Shown here in pieces: positions 1 through 11,824 of a stretch of DNA of 29,363 nt. The notes beneath the pieces were generated by a model. The model did no database searches. It was not told the origin of the DNA and worked only from the letters and a program-made list of their open reading frames with translations. Position 1 is the stretch's first letter. Each line of letters begins with the position of its first letter. The DNA lies in contig NC_057718.1 of NCBI RefSeq assembly GCF_004010195.1, forward strand, positions 100,696,411 to 100,725,773. The letters are read 5' to 3'. Source of the DNA: Chiloscyllium plagiosum. Taxonomy: Eukaryota. The translations under genes and the position numbers were made by a program.

Positions 1-726
1 TCATCTGTGCATTCCTTGGAAATAAAACCATTCCTTGGGGAGAAACCAGTAAGTAACATGACACTGTAACATTCACCAAGTTCACAACATCGAAATGCTA
101 ATTTGTTCCACACACAGAAGACAAAGCCATAAGGCCAGCTTATACTCCCATACCACAATTACACAGAGAGAGGAAAATGCAGAGTTAATGTGGCTGTCTG
201 ACAATGTAGAGGAACTTCCCAGTATTCATGATCCTTGCTGGAGACACCACTACCACACTCGTGGCACCAAGTTAAATACTTACATGAGTTTTCCCCTCTT
301 TATTGTTTAATGAAAATGCCATGGCAACATTCCAAATCCACAATGGATTGATATCACAGACATTTAAAGACAGAAGACAGCCGATTCAGCCCAGTGCTTC
401 ACGCTAGCTACACTAACCCATGTTCACATTCTAAAATATTGTGATTTCTGATCACCCCCACTACATCAAAATTTGTGTTCACTTCTCCAAGTCCAATTTT
501 TAAAACTGACACTTTCTCCTGAATTCTGCTCCCTCCGTCATACAAGTGTTCCCCACGATCAAAGAATGGCTTCCCATGCCTCTGATTATTGTGCTCCTAT
601 TGAGTGAGGAGATTGGTAAGGAGAATGCAAAAATAGAAATTGCTGGAAAAGCTCAACAGGTTTGGCAGCAGCTTGGAGAAAAATCACAGTTAATATTTCA
701 GGTCGAGTGACCCTTCCCCAGAACCA

Positions 727-1045
727 GGCAGCACGGTGGCACAGTGGTTAGCACTGCTACCTCACAGCACCAGAGACCCGGGTTCAATTCCCGCCTCAGG
801 CAACGGTGTGTGGAGTTAGCACATTCTCCCCGTGTCTGCATGGGTTTCCTCCGGGTGCTCCGGTTTCCTCCCACAGTCCAAAAATGTGCAGGTTTGGTGA
901 ATTGGCCATGCTAAATTGCCTGTAGAGTTGCTAAATTGCCTGTAGAGTTGGGTGAAAATGTGGGGGAATGGGTCTGGGTGGGTGGCAGGTCAGTGTGGAC
1001 TTGTTGGGCCGAAGGGCCTGTTTCCACACTAAGTAATCTAATCTA
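727..1045 (+). mobile_element. HE1/V-SINE-type tRNA-derived SINE, full length
   Basis: A box TGGCACAGTGG, B box GGTTCAATTCC, V-domain (...TGGGTTTCCTCCGGGTGCTCCGGTTTCCTCCCACAGTCC), CR1-like tail ending in (TAATC)n. Confidence 0.9.
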
Positions 1046-1074
1046 AAAACCCTTACTTTCTTTTGGAAAAGAAG

Positions 1075-2056
1075 GATACAGTTATAAAACAAGTAATTAG
1101 GAAGCCAAATGGAATTTTGTCATTTATTGCTAAAGGGATTGAGTTTAAAAGCAGGAAGGTTTTTTTTAAGATTCCCTACTGTGTGGAAACAGGCCTTCGG
1201 CCCAACCAGTCCACACCGACCCTCCTAAGAGCAACCCACCCAGACCCATTTCCCTCTGACTAATGCACCTAACACTATGGACAATTTATCATGGCCAATT
1301 CACCTAACCTGCAAATCTTTGGACTGTGGGAGGAACCCGAAGCACCCGGAGGAAACCCACGGAGACAGGGGGAGAATGTGTAAACTCCACACAGAGTCGC
1401 CCGAGGCTGGAATCGAACCTGGGACCCTGGTGCTGTGAGAAGCAGTGCTAACCACTGAGCCCGTACCGTCCCATATTGCACTTGTATGGGGTGCTGGTAA
1501 GGCTACATCTGGAGTACTGTGTACAGTTTTGGGCTCTTACTTGAGAAAGGATGTAATGCCACTGGAGGGGGTGCAGAGGAGGCTTACTCGGTTGATTTCA
1601 GAGAAGAGGGAGTTGGCTTATGAGGAGAGACTGAGTAGACTGGGATTATATTCATTGGAATTCAGAAGAATAAGAGGGCATCTTATAGAAACATATAAAA
1701 TTATAAAGGGAATGGTTAAGATAGAAGTAGAGAGGATGTTTCCACTGGTGGTGAAACTACAACAAGTGGGCATAGCATCAAGATTAGAGGGAGCAGATTT
1801 AGGACTGAATTGAGAAGGAACTGCTCCAGAGGGTTATAAATCTATGGAATTACTTGCCCAGTGACGTAGTTGACGCTACTTCAGTAAATGTTTTGAAAGC
1901 TAAGATGGAATTTTTTTAAGCAATAAAGGAGTTAAGGGATACGGTGAGAGCACGGGTAAGTGGATCTGACTCCACAAAAAGATCCGCCCTGATCTTACTG
2001 AATGGCAGAGCAGGCTCGAAGAGCCAGACAGCCTACTCCTACTCCTAATTCTTATA
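1075..2056 (+). mobile_element. CR1 LINE 3' end (ORF2 C-terminus plus 3'UTR), interrupted by the SINE at 1168-1472
   Basis: Peptides NGILSFIAKGIEFKS and LEGVQRRLTRLI...YEERLSRLGLYSLEFRR..DLIETYK-like; 3' tail CCTACTCCTACTCCTAATTCTTAT. Confidence 0.88.
1168..1472 (-). mobile_element. HE1/V-SINE-type SINE inserted into a CR1 LINE
   Basis: Reverse complement of the same family. It splits the CR1 ORF2 reading ...GIEFKSRKV / ILHLY... Confidence 0.9.
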
Positions 2057-2479
2057 GTGCTAGAAATTACAAGACTTAAGATTAGACCAAAGCCTATTGC
2101 TATTCAATGTGGACAGTTAAACTACCAATAAGCAAGGGCACATTCACTGTCTCGAAAAATCTTATCAGCTCGTGGGTATAAGCAGTCCAATGTTACTGCG
2201 TTACACTAATTTTGATTTAGATTAAATATGGGACGACGAAGGCCTTTTTTGGCAATCCTCACTCAAAACTCCATTGTCTAGGTACCCAAATCCAACCATC
2301 TCCCGAACAACAGTATGAGATTAAGCCAGGCTGTTTGGAACCATGGTGCCGACGAGTTTTCAACCTTGTGTTTGTGCTATCACCAAGACTGCTTATTTTC
2401 ACTTATCACCCCCCATGTTCACCCATCGCAGAACTTCTGCAAATGAAACTCTCATTCATACCTTTGTTATCAGTACACT

Positions 2480-2970
2480 TGAAAATTCCAATTCATAATT
2501 GGCTGGTTTACTATCATTTCCCTCCCATCAGCTGTCCATTTATTAACACATATCAAGTCCTGTTGCCCATCACTCCTGTGCTTGGTGACCTACCCTGGCT
2601 CCCAGTCAGACTACCAAAGTTCTCATCCAGTTTTCAAATCCATCCATGGCCTCACCCTTTCTTTTCTCTGTCCCACATACCTCAGAGACACGCACTCCTC
2701 TAATGTCATCCTGACCATCCCCAATGTTAATCGGTCTGTTACTGGTAACCATGCCTCCTTTTTCCTCAGCCCTAAGCTTTTGAATTCCTTCCATAAACCT
2801 CTTCATTCTCTACATCACTTTAACACACTTCTTAAAACTTAACTCTCTGACCAAGCCTTTCAGTACCTGCCTTAGTATCTCTTTATGCAATTTGATGTCA
2901 TATCGTGTTTTTTAATTCTTCTCTGAAGCACATTTCATTTCACTGAAGGCCTTTTAGAAATATACTGCTT
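2480..2970 (+). mobile_element. L2-clade LINE 3' fragment
   Basis: PITPVLGDLPWLPV resembles the L2 HITPVLxxLHWLPV motif, followed by FKSIHGL and LLKT. Confidence 0.7.
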
Positions 2971-3231
2971 ACTAAAGATCCATTTTGCCAAATGTTTTTG
3001 TCTTGAACCCATCAGGATAAATTGCAAGCATTTATGTTTTCAAGGAGTTAGATATGACTCTTGTGAATAAAGGAATTAAGGCTTATACAGGGAGGATGAG
3101 ATTAGAATATTGAGCTTGATGATCCCTGATCATTTTAAATGGCAGAGCAGGCTCAAGGTGGTCAAATGTCAAAAAGTGTGGCACTGGTTCAAGTGATCAA
3201 ATGGCCTACCTCCTTCATAATGTCCAACCTT

Positions 3232-3593
3232 GAATTAAAGATGTACAGCATGGAAACAGACCCTTTCGTCCAACTCATCCAACCCAATCTAGTCTCAGCC
3301 TCCCACGCTCCAGGGAAAACAGCCCCAGCCTGTTCAGCCTCTCCCTATAGCTCAAATCCTCCAACCCTGGCAACATCCTTGTAAATCTTTTCTGAATCCT
3401 TTCAAATTTCACAACATCTTCCGATAGGAAGGAGACCAGAATAGCACGCAATATTCCAACAGTGGCCTAACCAATGTCCTGTACAGCCGCAACATGACCT
3501 TCCAACTCCTGTACTTGATACTCTGACCAATAAAGGAAAGCATCCCAAACACTTTCTTCACTATCCTATCTACCTGCAACTCCACTTTCAAGG
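3232..3593 (-). mobile_element. CR1 LINE 3' fragment with internal deletion
   Basis: ORF 3409-3591 reads MLRLYRTLVRPLLEYCVLFWSPSYRK; highly similar to 9090-9390. Confidence 0.9.
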
Positions 3594-3667
3594 AATGGCC
3601 TGTTCCTGCTCCTAACTAGTGTGCTCAAGTTGTAGTGCTCTTGTTGTCCATGTATCTGTGTTATATG

Positions 3668-3768
3668 AGGGGATAGGGGTGGAGAGGGAGAGGGGTGTGA
3701 GAGGGAGGCGGAGGGGGAAAGAGACAGGGAGAGAGAAAAAGTCGGAGAGATAGAGAGAAGGAGAGAGA
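3668..3768 (+). repeat. GA-rich low-complexity tract
   Basis: Near-continuous purine run of degenerate (GA)n next to the ESF1 exon 4 donor. Confidence 0.8.
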
Positions 3769-3825
3769 ATAGGCAGTTTAAAAAACTAGATGGTAAAAAA
3801 CATGGAAAAGTTTTCAAATGCTCAC

Positions 3826-3939
3826 CTTCACAGACAAGATAGCACCTCCTTTGGGGACGAAGGAATTGAACAATACCAACAGGTCCTTTGCCTTTATTTT
3901 ATCCCAATCTATGTTGCAAACTGCTAATCGTCGAGTGAT
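3826..3939 (-). CDS. ESF1: ESF1 exon 4
   Basis: ttttacctcag|[38 protein letters not shown]|gtgagc; 114 nt, phase 0/0, conserved ESF1 segment. Confidence 0.96.
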
Positions 3940-4109
3940 CTGAGGTAAAACAGGATGTGTTATTGGAATCTTGTGAAAATACACCCCCTGCCCAACTTTG
4001 CAAACCATTTCAATGAAAGTTAATAATAAGATAGGATCCTAAAATGTTTATATTTTTACTTAAGACCCGGACGATCAAATGGGAAAAAAAAAACAATTGT
4101 GTGATGTAC

Positions 4110-4414
4110 CGTGTCTGCACGTGGAGCATCCTTAGCTAACTCGCCCCATTCATGTTCAATTTCTGGAGGCTTTGACGATAGGTCATCAAAATAGTCATCA
4201 TCATCAGAGCTTGTTTCAATATTCCCTCTACCCCTGGCTAAGTCGGGACCACTGTCGCTGTCGGTGTCTTCCTCAGATAATTCCTCATCATCTTCACTGT
4301 CTCTGGTTTCTTCACTTTCCTCCTCCTGACTCTGGTGACCCGATCCTGTAGATCTTGCTTCAAACGAGCTGCCTTCACCCTGATTGCTGTCACCTTCGTG
4401 GCTGTCACTGCTTT
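4110..4414 (-). CDS. ESF1: ESF1 exon 3 (acidic region, DSGPDLARG motif)
   Basis: Acceptor ttttgcatttcag|AA (phase 1). Translates to ...EEDTDSDSGPDLARGRGNIETSSDDDDYFDDLSSKPPEIEHEWGELAKDAPRADT, then donor |gtacat. 305 nt. The ORF track reads it in the wrong frame. Confidence 0.95.
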
Positions 4415-4994
4415 CTGAAATGCAAAAACAATTACATGAGTATTTTCATTTCTTAAAAGGCAAGGATCTGTCTTCCAAACAACCATCTATAAAAACAAAA
4501 TGGTGGGATGACATCCTTCATGCAGCAGTTGAAAAAATAGGAAGCGCACAGGAAAGAGTCAACATTTCAGGTCTGTACTCTTCAGCAGATCTTTTGCCAA
4601 GGTTATTCACCCAAAACTTTGATTGTAGTATTCAAGGGTGCCAATTGGTGCACCCCTGTTTCTTTCAGGATGCCAGTATTTGAAAAACTTTACTTTTTAT
4701 TTGTGTTGGTTGGGTCCCATTCCCTTCAAAACAGCTGATGCAAAGATATAAAAATACTTTTAAAAATTGAGCAGCTCACAGAGAATTCAATTAACATTCC
4801 TCAAGTCTGATTTAATCCCTCATGTTTGTGAATGGAATAGTTTTTTTGCCATGAGTTTTTGTTTTCCACAATAATCTTTGATATGGCACTTTATCAAAGC
4901 CTTCTGGAAATTTGGTCCACAGCACATCTTACTTCCTCAAAAGAACTACAAAGAAATGGTCAAACGTGATTTTCCGTTCACAAAATAACAAGAA

Positions 4995-5943
4995 CATAAG
5001 GATGAGAATTTAGGGGACATGGTTAGTAAGTTTGCAGCTAACACCACAATTGGTGGTATAGTGAACAGTGAAGAAGGTTATCCAAGATTACAAAGGGATC
5101 TTGATGAATTGGGTCAATGGGCTGAGGATTGGCAGATGGAGGTTAGTTTGGATAATTGCAAGGTATTGCATTTTGTTTAAAAAAAAACCAAGGGCAGTAC
5201 TTATACAATTAAGAGTAGGGGCCTGAGTAGCATTGTAGAACAGATAGACCGAGGGGTTCAGGTATATAATTCATTGAAACTTGAGTCACAGGTAGACAAA
5301 ATGGCTAAGACGTCATTTAGCATGCTTGCTTTCATTGCTCAGACCTTTGAATATAGGGGTTGGGACATCATGTTGAGGTTGGTCACGGCGTTGGTGAAGC
5401 CTCTTCCGGAGTACCGTGTGCAGTTATTGTTGCTCTTTTATAGGAAGGATATTATTAAACTGGAGAGGGTTCAGAAAAGATTTACCAAGATGTCACCAAA
5501 AGTAGAGGGTTTCAGTTACAAAAATAGACTGGGACATTTTTCACAGGAGCATTGCAGGTTGACGGTGACCTTTGGAGTTTAAAAAATCATTAGGGCATAG
5601 ATAAGGTGAATGACAAAGGACTTTTCTCGAGAAGTTCCCTCGAAGTGTGGAAGTTCAAAACTGGGGACATTTTTAAGGTGAGAGGAGAAAGTTCTACAAA
5701 GGACAGAAGAGGCAACTTTTTTTTACACCGATAATGGTTTGTGTGTGGAACAAACTGCCAGAGGAAGTGGTGGATGCAGGTACAGTTACAATATTTCAAA
5801 AACATTTGGATAAGTATATAATAGGAAAGGTTTGGAGGGATATGGGCCAAATGCAGACAAGTGGGACTAGTATTGTTTGGGATTATGGTCGGTGTGGACG
5901 CGGTAGACCCAAGGGTCTATTTACATTCTGTATGACTCCATAA
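4995..5943 (+). mobile_element. 5'-truncated CR1 LINE (~950 bp)
   Basis: Degraded SKFADDTKIGG-like region; ORFs 5274-5582 and 5734-5943 are CR1 ORF2 C-terminal peptides. Confidence 0.9.
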
Positions 5944-6720
5944 AACTGTAACATATATTTTACCTTTTGGAACTATAAACTGAAATGGAAATTGTATTGC
6001 TAAAAAATTTGAAATACTAGGAGAGATTTACAACTTGGAAAAAAATCAGGTCGTGCACATTTTGTAGGCTGTGAGAGAGAACGTTCCTTTTCGATGCATC
6101 AAGGAGATAGGTTGAGACAGAGTGGCATCAAGAGTCTTTGAGTTAATGAAATTCGGTTTGTTACAAAGCTGAAAGCACAAGGGCAGCTGGAGAAATCCAG
6201 AGCTTGTGAAATGAACATCTCTCTCTCTCTCATCCTCTCTCTATGTGGGGAAAGACAAAAACAAAGCAAGCTTGAAATAGAACTCTACTAAGAAATGACC
6301 TAGATCTGAAAGATTACCTATCAAAGCGAAGAACAACGACCACCTTAAAGACAGCAGCATGTTATAACAAATGGAACTGTGTGAGACAGTGTAATTCATC
6401 CATGAAATCTGTTCTTCTGATCTCTGGAATTTTATTTATTCTCTCTATATTATTTTCTACTCGTAATATCAGCATCAAACCATCTGCCTTTTGTCTGTTT
6501 TAATTATGAATGAGTATGTAGGTATTCTGGAATTTTAAAGGGGCATAGTTTAAGTTACATAGTAGTAGATTAGAAATCCTTTCTTTGCAGTGTCTTTTGT
6601 TAAAATTAACTGTGTTACAACAAATAATTATTTTATGTTAATAATGAAAGCTGGTGTGAATTGTTTTTGTCCTGAACTGCAGTAAGGTGGGTAAATTGGT
6701 CATCTTGATGAAAATTAAAT

Positions 6721-7000
6721 GAGGAGATAGAGAGGATTGCAAATGCTAGAGGGTCAGAATCAATAAAAGTGTGGTGCTGGAAAAGCCCAGCAGGTCAGGC
6801 AGCATCCGAGAAGCAGGTGAATCAATGTTTCGGGCAGGACCCTTCATCAGGACTGGGGAGGGGGAAGGAGGCTGAGAAATATCTTTGCGGAGGGAGGGAG
6901 GAAAACATCTTCAAGGTGGGCATCCTTGGAAGGGTCTTTCACTGTATGGTGAGCAGCAACGAGGAGTTGATGAGGACTGCCGATGCTGGGGGATTAACAT
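6721..7000 (-). mobile_element. Penelope-like terminal-repeat fragment, type A, carrying a hammerhead motif
   Basis: Shares GTGGTGCTGGAAAAGC.CAGCAGGTCAGGCAGCATCCGAG with 11825-12040 and 13580-13670. PLE assignment is inferred from the minimal hammerhead and the inverted-repeat architecture of the family. Confidence 0.6.
6820..6854 (-). ncRNA. Minimal type-I hammerhead ribozyme motif (ESF1 sense strand, intron 2)
   Basis: Minus strand: AGTC CTGATGA A GGG-TCCTG-CCC GAAA CA TT GATT. Core intact, with stem II and a 4-bp stem I (AGUC/GAUU). Confidence 0.65.
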
Positions 7001-8266
7001 GGTGTGAAAGCAGAGCTGGCTCATGATTTGCAAATTAGATTAAAGGTTGGGTCATCAGAGATGCAGTGACAAACATTTAAGGAGTTATTTCAGAACACGC
7101 ATGACAGTTACATTGCAAGGAGTAATTTTATACATTTTGTCATGGCTTGGGGAACTGTGGGGCACAATTATCAGTACACTCTTCCCAGTAACATCATGAC
7201 AAAAGCGATTTTGACTGCAATATTAGCACAAACTTAGTTAAGTGCCCAGCTATTACTTTGTAAATAGTAGCTTCTATCATTTCCCCTATGATAGTCGTTA
7301 AGCTAACTGCCCTGTTCTTCCTGCTCTTTCTCTTCCACTTTTTGAATAAAGGAGTTACATTATCTTCCAATTTAATGGGACCTTCCTGAATCTAGGGAGT
7401 TCTGAAAAACTGAAATCAATGCATCAACTATCTCACTGGCCACTTAGTTTCTGAACTGAGAATGAAGTTCATCGGGATTAACTGATTTATCAGCTGCAGC
7501 TCCAACAATTCATTTCCATGTGGATTGTACTTTTCCTGAGGTCCTTCCTCCCTTCCATTTCCTGACTTATGGGATGTTACTTATGTCTTCACTGCAGAAG
7601 ATACATGTAGAATATCTGTCCAATTCATCTGCCAACTCATTATTTTTCATCATTAATTCTTCAGATTTCCTTCCTTCAGGACAAATGCTCACTTTGTTAA
7701 CTTATTTCTTTTTAAAACATCTACAGCAACTTTCATTATCTTCTTTTTACTTACACATAGTTTTCTCTCTTATTCTAATCTTTGCCTTTTTATTAATTTT
7801 TAAAAATCAATCTTTACTATTTTTAGAGATTGTTCAATATTGTGGCCCACCCACTATCTGCCTTTACACAACTATATGCTTTGTCTTTTAATTTGATACG
7901 ACCTTTAAGGCTTCTGCTTAATTATGGATCGTGGGTTTGTCCTTTGGAATTTATCTTACTCCTTGAAATGTATTTAATGTATATATTCTGAAATATCCCT
8001 CTAAATGTTTGTCACTGCATCTCTGTTTAAATCTAATCTACTTTCAAGCCAAGTTAATTGCCCTTATTTATTTTTTGAACTCCTCTCTCACTCAAGCTGC
8101 ATGTTATATTCAATCATGTTGTTGATTGCTACCTTGTGTTGTCTTTACTGTGAGATCATGAATTAATCTTATCTCATTACATAATACCAGGTCAGGTATA
8201 GCCAGCTCTCTAGAAGGCTGCAGAACACAAAACTAGTGTGAAAACATTCCATGAATTCCTCATTGT

Positions 8267-8584
8267 GGGCGGCACGGTGGCACAGTGGTTAGCACTGCTA
8301 CCTCACAGCGCCAGAGACCCGGGTTCAATTCCCGCCTCAGGCGACTGACTGTGTGGAGTTTGCACTTTCTCCCCGTGTCTGCGTGGGTTTCCTCCGGGTG
8401 CTCCGGTTTCCTCCCACAGTCCAAAGATGTGCAGGTCAGGTGAATTGGCCATGCTAAATTTCCCATAGTGTTAGGTAAGGGGTAAAATGTAGGGGTATGG
8501 GTGGGTTGCGCTTCGGCGGGTCGGTGTGGATTTGTTGGGCCGAAGGGCCTGTTTCCACACTGCAATGTAATCTAATCTAATCTA
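8267..8584 (+). mobile_element. HE1/V-SINE-type SINE, full length and young
   Basis: GGGCGGCACGGTGGCACAGTGG start, intact A/B boxes, many retained CpGs, (TAATC)n tail. Confidence 0.92.
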
Positions 8585-8719
8585 GGCTACCCTTGAGCAT
8601 CTGATTTTACTAATCCATGTGTAGATTGAAATGTCTAGCAATTTCTTTTATGCTGTACCTGACCGTGTAGTTAACATTAGGCAGCCCATGCACCACTCCC
8701 ACAAGTGACTTACAGTCAG

Positions 8720-10310
8720 AGAGATGCATAACACAGAAATAGACCCTCCGGTCCAATTTGTCCATGCCGAACAGATATCCCAACCCAATCCAGTCCCGCT
8801 TGCTAGCATCTGGCCCATATCCCTCTCAACCCTTCCTATTCATGTACCCATCTAGATATCTTTTCAATGTTGCAATTGTACCAGCCTCCACCAGTTCCTC
8901 TGGCAGCTCATTCCATATACGCACCACTCTCTGCGTGAAAAAGTTGCCCCTCGGACCTCTTTTATATCTTTCCCCTCTCATCCTAAACCTATGCCTTCTA
9001 GTTCTGGACGCTCCCACCCCAGGGAAAAGACTTTATCTATTTAACCTATCCATGCTCCTCATGATTTTATAAACCTCTATGAGGTCACCCCTCAGCCTCC
9101 GATGTTCCAGGGAAAACAGCCCAGGCCTATTCAACCTCTCCCTATAGCTCAAATCCTCCAACCCTGGCAATATCCTTGTAAATCTTTTCTGAACCCTTTC
9201 AGGTTTTACAACATCCTTCCAATAGGAAGGAGACCAGAATTGCACATAATATTCCAACAGTGGCCTAACTAGTGTCCTGTACAGCCGCAACATGATCTCC
9301 CAATTTCTATACTCAAAACTCTAGCCAATATAGGAAAGCATTCCAAATGCCGTCTTCACTATCTGATCTACCTGCAACTTCACTTTCAAGGAACTATGAA
9401 ACTGCACTCCAACCTTGTTCTTTGTTCAGCAACACACCCTTGGACCTTACCATTAAGTGTATAAGTCCTTCTAAGATTTGCTTTCCCAAACTGCAGCACT
9501 TAGCATTTATCTAAATTAAACTCCATCTGCTACTCCTCAGCCCATTGGCCCATCTGATCAAGATCCCGTTGTAATCGGAGGTAACCCTCCTCTGTCCACT
9601 ACACCTCCAATTTTGGTGTCATCTGCAAACTTACTAAGGATACCTGCCATGTTCATATCCAAATCATGTATATAAATGATGAAATGTAGTGGACCCAGCA
9701 CCAATCCTTGTGCCACTCTACTGGTCAAAGGCCTCCAGTCTGAAAAACAACCCTCCACCATCACCCTCTGTCTTTTATCTTCGAGGCAGTTCTGTATCCA
9801 AATGGCTAGTTCTCCCTGCATTCCACAAGATCTAACCTTGCTAATCAGTCTACCATGGGGAACCTTGTCGAACGCCTTACTGAAGTCCATATAGATCACG
9901 CCCACCGTTCTGCCCTCAATGCTCTTTGTTACTTCTTCAAAAAACCCAATCAAGTACATGAGACATGATTTCCCACGCACAAAGCCATGTTGCGTATCCT
10001 TAAACAGTCCTTGCCTTTCCAAATACATCTAAATCCTGTCCCTCAGGATTCCTTCCAACAGCTTGCCCACCAATGATGTCAGGCTCACCGGCCTATAATT
10101 CCCTGGCTTGTCCTTACCACCTTTCTTAAATAGTGGTACCACATTAGCCAACCTCCAGTCTTTCCTGCACCTCACCTGTGACTATCAACAATACAACTAT
10201 ACAGCAAGGGGCCTGGCAATCACGTCCCTAGCTTCCCACAGAGTTCTTGGGTAAATCTGATCAGATCCTGGGGATTTATCCACCTTCATGCATTTCAAGA
10301 CATCCAGCAC
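8720..10310 (-). mobile_element. 5'-truncated CR1 LINE (~1.6 kb) with disrupted reverse transcriptase
   Basis: ORF 9558-10028 contains QHGFVRGKSC, VIYMDFSKAFDKVPH, QGLVLGP and KFADDTK; frameshifts and stops present. Confidence 0.95.
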
Positions 10311-11229
10311 TTCTTGCCTTTATTATTTCTCATCCCTACCCAAGCCATTTTGATATTCTGCCACTCAACTTAGGTTGTCTCTTTCCATTATGTTAAATTG
10401 AACTAACTAACAGAGCCACCCCTCCATCTTTTCCTTCGGTCTTTTCTAAAGGCCCTGTACCCTTAAATGTTCAGGTCCCAATCCATGCCATCCTGCAGCC
10501 CTGTCTCTGTAATGGCTATCAACTCATTTATTTATTTCTATTTACATTCCTATTTTAAATGCTCTGTGCAGTCAGACACAGAATTTTCAGCTTCATTTTA
10601 TCCTCTTTTTGTAACTTATCGACGTATTTGTTGCTTTACTCTTATATTTGTACTGTCCCTCCCTCCTTGTCACAGTCTGTTTAACATTTCTTGTGTTAAT
10701 ACAATTCTCATTTGCCTTGCTTGCATACCTTCCCAAATTTGATACTTGCTGCCATCAATTTAGTTTATAATTCTCTTGCCTCCCTAGTTGTTCACCATTC
10801 ATGAACACTGGCTGTAGCATGGTTCAGATGCAGGCTACTGCAAATGCACAGATCTAAATGTACCTGTACACTCAATTAATTCTGGCCTCTTGTGCCAAAG
10901 TTGAAGGCGACACTTAAACGCAGTTGCCAGATACATTTGTAGAAAAACTTCCTGCTCTTCTTCAAACACGGTCCAAAAACCTTGTGTCTGTGAAGGCACA
11001 GAAATGTTGGTACCTCCAACAATGCCACACTCACTTAACACGGCATTGGATTGTTAGGTTGGCATATGGACTGAGCTCAGTAGTGAGGTATGGACTTAGC
11101 TCGGTAGTGAGGCATGAATTCACAACATTCTCATTCACAGTAATGAACGCGACCAACTCAATCAAGCTTAAACCTGTAATGAGATCTCAAAAATGAACAA
11201 AGCTGTCAACAAGAAACTTGATGTCCAAA

Positions 11230-11690
11230 GTTGATGCAAGGATCCTAACAGTTAAGCATAATTTAAGATTCAAACTGCAAAGAATGAGTGCAGCATGGAG
11301 TCACACCAGAATAATAACTGCTGGACATGAAAGGTTGAATTGTGAGGACAGACTGCCCAAATAAGGTTGTGTTCCTTGGATCAAAGTTTTCAAGATATTA
11401 ATGGGAACAGACTGGGTGGATTGAGAGAAAACATTTCTGCTAATTGGGAACACTAGGATTAAGGGGCAGAGTGGAGAAGTGGGAGCTGTATTTTTCAGCA
11501 CTGAAATGAAGAAACACTTCCACACACAAAGGGTGGAACGAATTTGGAACTCCCTTCTACTCATAGCTAATGATGCTGTATCAGTTATTAATTTTGAAAT
11601 CTAACCTGGCAAATTTGTGTTCACCAAATTATACAAAGTATAGGGCAGAAAGCAGGTGTTCAGTTGCCGATTAGCCTTGTTCTTACAGGA
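11230..11690 (+). mobile_element. Old CR1 3' fragment
   Basis: Degenerate CEDRLPK*GC and FHTQRVERIWNSL peptides. Confidence 0.65.
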
Positions 11691-11824
11691 TGTAAGAACT
11701 ACCCACCTGGATCCTGTTCCTACGCACAAAACTATCCAAATCAATAACAAAGGCAGAGAACAAAGTTTCAAAGGAAAAACGTGAATAAACAAATAAATTG
11801 AACAGGTTCAATGGAGATTCCGGA

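Larger units (their letters stand above)
7200..10870 (-). mobile_element. Old degraded CR1 LINE hosting younger insertions
   Basis: Minus-strand APE endonuclease remnants: IAITET..QDGMDWDLNI (~10460-10520), DFNLHMD-like (~8610-8640), DLVLCNE (~8173-8193). Collinear once the inserts are removed. Confidence 0.6.

Noticed and set aside
4238..4486. 82-aa minus-strand ORF, plus + strand ORFs 12186-12827
   Set aside because: Wrong-frame or antisense shadows of ESF1 exons 3 and 2.
9558..10028. Reverse transcriptase ORF as an active or novel RT gene
   Set aside because: Fragment of a 5'-truncated, frameshifted CR1 ORF2.
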